Part shown: positions 58,697 to 64,000 of the stretch, piece after piece
Layout of the letters: every line of letters begins with the position of its first letter
How positions within the stretch are numbered: position 1 is the first letter of the stretch
NCBI GenBank assembly: GCA_965215565.1
Contig: CBDCDZ010000004.1
Location: 1,248,001-1,312,000 of the forward strand
Direction: 5' to 3'
DNA length: 64,000 nucleotides
DNA from: Trueperaceae bacterium
GTDB taxonomy: Bacteria > Deinococcota > Deinococci > Deinococcales > Trueperaceae
The notes under the pieces: model-generated
Databases searched by the model: none
Seen by the model: the letters and a program-made list of their open reading frames with translations, nothing else
Told to the model about the DNA's origin: nothing
Position numbers and translations under genes: made by a program

Positions 58697-60052
58697 ATGG
58701 CTGATCTAAGCATCAACTTCGCAGGTATCAAGAGCCCTAACCCCTTCTGGCTCGCCTCCGCCCCGCCGACGAACACCGCCTATCAAGTCAACAAAGCGTT
58801 CGAGTACGGCTGGGGCGGCGCGGTTTGGAAGACCATTGGAGAGCCCGTTTTGAACGTCTCCTCGCGCTACGGCGGCTTTGAGTACAGCGGCAACAAGCTC
58901 GTGGCGATTAACAACGTTGAACTCATCTCAGATAGACCTTTAGAAACAAATTTACGAGAAATCAAAGAGGTCAAAGAACTCTGGTCAGACCGCGCCGTCA
59001 TCGCCTCGGCAATGGTGGCGTCCGAGCCGAAGGCGTGGCACGATATTATTCAGAAGATCGAGGACACAGGCGCGGACGGTATCGAACTCAACTACGGCTG
59101 CCCGCACGGGATGAGCGAGCGCGGCATGGGCGCGGCGGTAGGGCAGGTGCCGGAATATTGCTCGATGATTACGGAGTGGGTGACGGACGTGGCGAGCATC
59201 CCTGTGATCGTCAAGCTCACGCCGAACGTCACCGACATCGGCAAGCCTGCGCAGGCTGCCGTAAAGGGTAAGGCGGACGCGCTCTCACTGATTAACACCA
59301 TCAATTCCATCGTCGGGGTGAATTTAGACAGTTTTCAGCTCGAGCCCAACATCGGCGGCAAAGGCTCGCACGGGGGCTACGCGGGTCCGGCGGTGAAACC
59401 CGTCGCCTTGCACCTCTTGTCCGTCGTGGCAAATGACGAAGAGGTCCAGCGGGCGAACTTGCCCATCTCTGGTATGGGCGGCATCCAGACCTGGCGCGAC
59501 GCGGCAGAATTTCTTCTTTTAGGCGCGACGAGTTTGCAAGTGTGTACGGCGGTCATGCACTACGGCTTTCGCATCATTGAAGATTTGACGGATGGGCTCT
59601 CGAACTGGCTAGACGAGAAAGGCGCGGCGTCCATCAATGAGATTATCGGGGCGTCGGTGCCGAGGGTAAGCAGCTTCGGTGACTTCGACCTCAGCTATAA
59701 AGTCGTCGCCCGCATCAACCCTGAGACCTGTATCAACTGCAACCTCTGTTACGTCGCCTGCGATGAGGGTGCGCACCAGTGCATCGACCTGACGGTAGAC
59801 GGCGCGAAAATCGACCCCGCGACCTACACCGGCAGCGTCAAGCCGCAGCCCGTCGTGCGCGAAGAGGATTGTGTTGGATGTAACCTCTGCTCGCTGGTCT
59901 GTCCGGTGGATGAATGCATCTCGATGGTGGAGATGCCGCCGGAGCATGAAAGTGTCACTTGGAATGAGTTAAGCACGAATAAGCCGGAGGTGACGCGGGA
60001 TTGGGAGGCGATGGAGCGGTATCGGGAAGAGGTTGGAATTGATATTCATTAG
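58697..60052 (+). CDS. preA: Dihydropyrimidine dehydrogenase subunit PreA
   Basis: NPFWLASAPPT, NNVELISDR, NYGCPHGMSERGMG, two 4Fe-4S motifs. Confidence 0.95.
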   Translation: MADLSINFAGIKSPNPFWLASAPPTNTAYQVNKAFEYGWGGAVWKTIGEPVLNVSSRYGGFEYSGNKLVAINNVELISDRPLETNLREIKEVKELWSDRAVIASAMVASEPKAWHDIIQKIEDTGADGIELNYGCPHGMSERGMGAAVGQVPEYCSMITEWVTDVASIPVIVKLTPNVTDIGKPAQAAVKGKADALSLINTINSIVGVNLDSFQLEPNIGGKGSHGGYAGPAVKPVALHLLSVVANDEEVQRANLPISGMGGIQTWRDAAEFLLLGATSLQVCTAVMHYGFRIIEDLTDGLSNWLDEKGAASINEIIGASVPRVSSFGDFDLSYKVVARINPETCINCNLCYVACDEGAHQCIDLTVDGAKIDPATYTGSVKPQPVVREEDCVGCNLCSLVCPVDECISMVEMPPEHESVTWNELSTNKPEVTRDWEAMERYREEVGIDIH

Positions 60053-60073
60053 GACTGAGAGAAAAGGGTAAAG

Positions 60074-60478
60074 ATGAAAGAGGAAAGAGATGAGACAAAA
60101 GAAAAAGTCAATCGTTTCGAGGACCTGGTAGCGTGGCAGAAGGCTCGAGCTTTGACCAAATCGGTGTATCAAGTCACGAAAAGAGGCGAATTCGCTAAAG
60201 ACTTTGGGCTGACAAATCAGATACAGCGAGCTGCCGTTTCAGTTATGTCGAATATCGCCGAAGGATTTGAACGTGGACGCCGCACCGAATTTCATCAGTT
60301 TTTGTCCATCGCTAAATCTTCTTGTGGAGAGGTAAGATCGCAACTTTATGTTGCTTTCGATGTTGGCTATCTGCAAAAGCCAACCTTCAACGCCCTCTTA
60401 ACCCAAGCTGAAGAGGTTTCACGGGTTGTAGGCGGACTAAAAACCGCTGTCCAAAAACAAAAAGTGAGAGGAAAATGA
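60074..60478 (+). CDS. Four-helix-bundle protein (23S rRNA intervening-sequence family)
   Basis: [37 protein letters not shown]. Confidence 0.92.
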   Translation: MKEERDETKEKVNRFEDLVAWQKARALTKSVYQVTKRGEFAKDFGLTNQIQRAAVSVMSNIAEGFERGRRTEFHQFLSIAKSSCGEVRSQLYVAFDVGYLQKPTFNALLTQAEEVSRVVGGLKTAVQKQKVRGK

Positions 60479-60538
60479 AGAGAAGAGGTTAAAGTGGGTT
60501 CTTCTTTTCTCTTTCCTCTTTAACCTTTTCTCTCTTTT
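60477..60538. repeat. Purine/pyrimidine heptamer hairpin downstream of the four-helix-bundle gene
   Basis: Complementary to the AG-rich tract at 60057-60095 and to 58608-58680. Confidence 0.7.
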
Positions 60539-60556
60539 ACCCTACAGGAGGACACT

Positions 60557-61930
60557 TTGAGCTTGCTCATCCGCAACGCCGACATCATCACCGCCGACTC
60601 GCGTACGACGGCCGACATCTACTGCGAAGGCGAAACCGTCACCCGCATCGGTCAGAACTTGGACGCTTCCGCCGATGAGGTCATCGACGCCTCTGGCAAA
60701 CTCGTCTTCCCCGGCTTCATCGACCCCCACGTCCACATCTACCTGCCCTTCATGAGCACCTACGCCAAAGATTCCCACGCGACGGGCAGCCGCGCCGCGC
60801 TCATGGGCGGTACGACGACCTTTATCGAGATGTGTGCGCCGAATAAGGGCGAAGACCTTTTGGAGGGTTACGAGCTGTGGAAGGGTAAAGCCGAGGGCGA
60901 GAGCGCCTGCGACTACACCTTTCACATGGGCGTGCCTAAGTTCGACGAGAAGAGCGAGGGGCAACTTCGTGAAATCGTCGCGGACGGTATTTCATCCTTT
61001 AAGGTCTTTTTAGCGTACAAGGGCTTTTTCGGCGTGAATGACGAAGAGCTTTTCAAAACGCTAACGCTGGCAAAAGAACTCGGCGTCATCGTCACGGCGC
61101 ACTGCGAGAACCCTGAACTCGTCGCGCAGCTTCAAGCGAAGCTCTTAGCAGAGGGCAAGACCGGACCCGGCTACCACGAGCCGAGCCGCCCCGAGTGGGT
61201 GGAGGCGGACGGGACGCATCACTTCGCGACCTTTTTGGAGGCGACGGGCGCGAAGGGTTATGTCGTTCACCTCTCGTGTGCGCCCGCCCTGAAAGCGGCG
61301 CTAGACGCGAAAGCTCGAGGCGTAGACCTCTCCATCGAAGCGGTCATCCCGCACCTCTTGTTGGATAAAACGCTCGCCGAGCAGGACGGGTTAGAGGGCG
61401 CGAAGTACGTCATGTCGCCGCCCTTGCGGAAGAAGTCAAATCAAAAGGTCTTGTGGGATGCGCTGGCGCAAGGGTTTATTGACACGGTAGGCACAGATCA
61501 CTGCCCCTTTGATACCGAGCAAAAAGAGATGGGGTTAGACGACTTCACTAAGATTCCTAATGGGATTCCCGCGTTAGAGGACCGCGTCAGGCTCCTCTAC
61601 ACCTACGGCGTGAGTCGCGGCGACTTGGACGTGCACCGCTTCGTAGAGGCAGCCTCAACCAAAGCCGCCAAGCTCTTCGGGCTCTTTCCGCGTAAGGGAA
61701 CGGTTGCGGTGGGGAGTGACGCCGACTTGGTGATTTATGACCCGAATGCAAAAGGTACGATTTCAGCTCAGAATCAAACGATGAACGTCAACTACAGCGG
61801 ATTTGAAGGGACGGAAGTTGATGGGCGCGTCGAGACAGTGACGGTAAGAGGTAAGGTGCAAGTTAAAGAGGGTGAGTTCGTTGGTGAGCAGGGGTGGGGA
61901 ACGCTACTGAGACGAGAGGCGGGTGCTTAG
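60557..61930 (+). CDS. hydA: Dihydropyrimidinase
   Basis: PGFIDPHVH, SSFKVFLAYK, HCEN, GTDHCPF, IPNG. Confidence 0.95.
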   Translation: MSLLIRNADIITADSRTTADIYCEGETVTRIGQNLDASADEVIDASGKLVFPGFIDPHVHIYLPFMSTYAKDSHATGSRAALMGGTTTFIEMCAPNKGEDLLEGYELWKGKAEGESACDYTFHMGVPKFDEKSEGQLREIVADGISSFKVFLAYKGFFGVNDEELFKTLTLAKELGVIVTAHCENPELVAQLQAKLLAEGKTGPGYHEPSRPEWVEADGTHHFATFLEATGAKGYVVHLSCAPALKAALDAKARGVDLSIEAVIPHLLLDKTLAEQDGLEGAKYVMSPPLRKKSNQKVLWDALAQGFIDTVGTDHCPFDTEQKEMGLDDFTKIPNGIPALEDRVRLLYTYGVSRGDLDVHRFVEAASTKAAKLFGLFPRKGTVAVGSDADLVIYDPNAKGTISAQNQTMNVNYSGFEGTEVDGRVETVTVRGKVQVKEGEFVGEQGWGTLLRREAGA

Positions 61931-62604
61931 GTGTTGACTTTCACTTCTAACCTCTCCACAAACCTCTCGTGTGCTTCGCTTTGCAGGGCGTTTTGCAACG
62001 TCGTCATCACCGCTTGCATATCATCCTCGAGTAGCGCATCCACCTGGAGCACCAGCCCCGGAAAGGTGCGACTTTCTAAGGTTCCATCTTGGGGCTCGAG
62101 CCTCACATACCGTCCTTCGTTCAAAACAAACCAGTCAAACGCCCTCTCTTCCACGCGCCACACCAGATACTCTTTCACGGCGTTGCGGCGGTACGCATGA
62201 AGTTTGTCGTGCAAATCGTAGGAGGCGGTGCTTGAAGCGATTTCGACCACCAACTCGGGTGGACCTTCGATATAGTCGTCCGCGCTTACCGAAGAGGTTC
62301 CGCCAACCGCTGGCTCGAGCCTTAGAAGCGCATCGGGTTGGGGTTCGTTGTCCATGTCAAGGCGAACGGTTGCATCATTGCCAAAGGCAACAAAGGGCGT
62401 TTGCAATTTATAGGTTCCTAGCCACATGATGATATTCGCGTGAGGTTCACTATGCTTGTTGAAACGAACAGGAGACGGCATGTAGACAACCCCTTCGATG
62501 AGTTCGGCTTTTTCAAGGCGCGGCATAGCGTGGTAGCGCCGCTCGAACTCCGCACGGGTGAGCCTGTCGCCGTTCGCCAGTATGGGAATATTTGCTACGA
62601 CCAT
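61927..62604 (-). CDS. Uma2 family (DUF820) endonuclease-like protein
   Basis: AELIEGVVYM, EPQPD, PELVVEI, KEYLVW. Confidence 0.92.
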   Translation of the reverse strand: MVVANIPILANGDRLTRAEFERRYHAMPRLEKAELIEGVVYMPSPVRFNKHSEPHANIIMWLGTYKLQTPFVAFGNDATVRLDMDNEPQPDALLRLEPAVGGTSSVSADDYIEGPPELVVEIASSTASYDLHDKLHAYRRNAVKEYLVWRVEERAFDWFVLNEGRYVRLEPQDGTLESRTFPGLVLQVDALLEDDMQAVMTTLQNALQSEAHERFVERLEVKVNT

Positions 62605-62644
62605 GTACGTATTTTACGACATTTCGAATCTATGAGGTATCCGC

Positions 62645-63439
62645 TTGATTGCCACTAAACCCAAGAAAGACGTTCAAACTGTCATCAGTATCCGCGACCT
62701 CAACATGGTTTATACAGGGCGCGGTACGGAAACCGTCGCGCTCAAAAACGCGAACTTAGAAATCAAAGAGGGCGAATTCATCTCGCTGATTGGTCCGTCG
62801 GGCTGTGGAAAGACAACGCTTCTGCGCCTCATCGCTGACCTCATCCAGCCGACTTCGGGCGAGATTACGGTGGCGGACAAAACGCCGAGAGAAGCGCGGG
62901 AAAGTCGCGAATACGGTTACGTCTTCCAAGCCCCGGTGCTCTACGACTGGCGCACGGTGCTCAAAAATGTGACGTTACCGCTCGAGATTATGAACTTCTC
63001 CAAAGCGGAGCGCAAAGAGCGGGCGGCGAACCTCTTAGAAATGGTGGGTCTCCAAGACTTCCACAACCAATACCCCTGGCAGCTTTCGGGCGGGATGCAG
63101 CAGCGCGTTTCGATTGCTCGGGCGCTCGCCTTTGACCCCAAACTCCTCTTGATGGATGAACCGTTTGGCGCGTTAGACGAAATCACCAGGGAGCAGATGA
63201 ACCATGAACTCTTAACCATCTGGCAGGAGACGAAAAAGACCGTCGTCTTCGTCACCCACTCCATCGCCGAAGCCGTCTTCCTCTCCTCGCGCATCATCGT
63301 GATGACGCCGCGCCCCGGTAAGATTGAAAAGGTCATCCCGGTAGACTTGCCTTATCCGCGTGATAACGATACGCGGGAGTCAAAAGCGTTTTTTGACCTG
63401 GCGACTGAGGTGCGCGAATCGCTCCGAGGGGTTCACTGA
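62645..63439 (+). CDS. ABC transporter ATP-binding protein (NitT/TauT type, probable pyrimidine uptake)
   Basis: GPSGCGKT, LSGGMQQR, MDEPFGALD, VTHS. Confidence 0.92.
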   Translation: MIATKPKKDVQTVISIRDLNMVYTGRGTETVALKNANLEIKEGEFISLIGPSGCGKTTLLRLIADLIQPTSGEITVADKTPREARESREYGYVFQAPVLYDWRTVLKNVTLPLEIMNFSKAERKERAANLLEMVGLQDFHNQYPWQLSGGMQQRVSIARALAFDPKLLLMDEPFGALDEITREQMNHELLTIWQETKKTVVFVTHSIAEAVFLSSRIIVMTPRPGKIEKVIPVDLPYPRDNDTRESKAFFDLATEVRESLRGVH

Positions 63440-64000
63440 TGCAGGGGAAGAGGTCAGCGGAGGCTCGAGAAGACACTTTTCTCACCTCTCTCTTCAACCT
63501 TCTTCCTTCGTTCAAATCTTACCTCCCCGTTCTCACCGTCCTCGCGCTGCTCATCCTCTTAGGCTATCCGCTCGCGCTCGTATTTGGGCTACCGCTCGCC
63601 TACCGCGACATGCAAGACATCAGGAAATGGGAGAAGGAGACCGTTACACAGAATCAATCTCTTCAGGGAGAAGTCAATGGTGAAAACCGCGTCTTCACTT
63701 TTCCTGCTGACAACCTTGTAGAAAACGACGGAGACCGCACGCTGTTTGTGGGCAATACACTCCTCGAGTACGACAACGAACGACCCGAAGAGCGGGTAGA
63801 TGGCGAAACGCGCACCTTTACCTTTGAGAGTGAAGCGGGACTCGTGACGTTGGACGGAAGGTTGATGGAAGAAGGCGAGGACTTCTCTCGAGCCGGAAAC
63901 ACCCTCACCTTTTCACGTGCGCCGCCGCGCAACGCGCAGCTTAGGCAGTATCCAGACTACGCGGTGACGAACCCGGCGGAGGGAGAGGTCACGTTGGCGG
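63439..64000 (+). CDS. Membrane protein, possibly ABC permease with a large extracytoplasmic domain (runs off the window)
   Basis: TGATG coupling; open frame MQGKR...LPVLTVLALLILLGYPLALVFG...GEVNGENRVFTF... to the window end. Confidence 0.55.
   Translation, partial: MQGKRSAEAREDTFLTSLFNLLPSFKSYLPVLTVLALLILLGYPLALVFGLPLAYRDMQDIRKWEKETVTQNQSLQGEVNGENRVFTFPADNLVENDGDRTLFVGNTLLEYDNERPEERVDGETRTFTFESEAGLVTLDGRLMEEGEDFSRAGNTLTFSRAPPRNAQLRQYPDYAVTNPAEGEVTLA

Noticed and set aside
60074..60478. Avd accessory gene of a diversity-generating retroelement
   Set aside because: No reverse transcriptase and no template/variable repeat pair in the window.

Overview
GC-rich bacterial chromosome segment, most likely Deinococcota (Truepera/Deinococcus-like), judged from gene content and from many TANNNT -10 boxes 6-8 nt upstream of start codons. 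Housekeeping and metabolic blocks are cobT with two histidine phosphatases, sbcDC, hisS-aspS, mhqO/mhqD-like genes and a reductive pyrimidine degradation operon (ureidopropionase, preT, preA, hydA, ABC transporter). These are interleaved with accessory regions: toxin-antitoxin modules, a decayed island (~14.4-20.8 kb), an ECF sigma/anti-sigma cluster with CHRD and Ig-like lipoproteins, and a nested transposon graveyard (~28.7-33 kb). The main finding is an apparently intact IS110 element (43029-44156, minus strand). It sits precisely inside the conserved end of a MITE-like repeat present in about 8 copies in the window. Its upstream non-coding end reads as a bridge RNA whose target-binding loop matches that MITE end and whose donor-binding loop matches its own circle junction. 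The window also shows a second MITE family, a strongly over-represented palindrome GGCTCGAGCC and several palindromic mini-repeats. All calls come from reading the sequence; no database searches were run.
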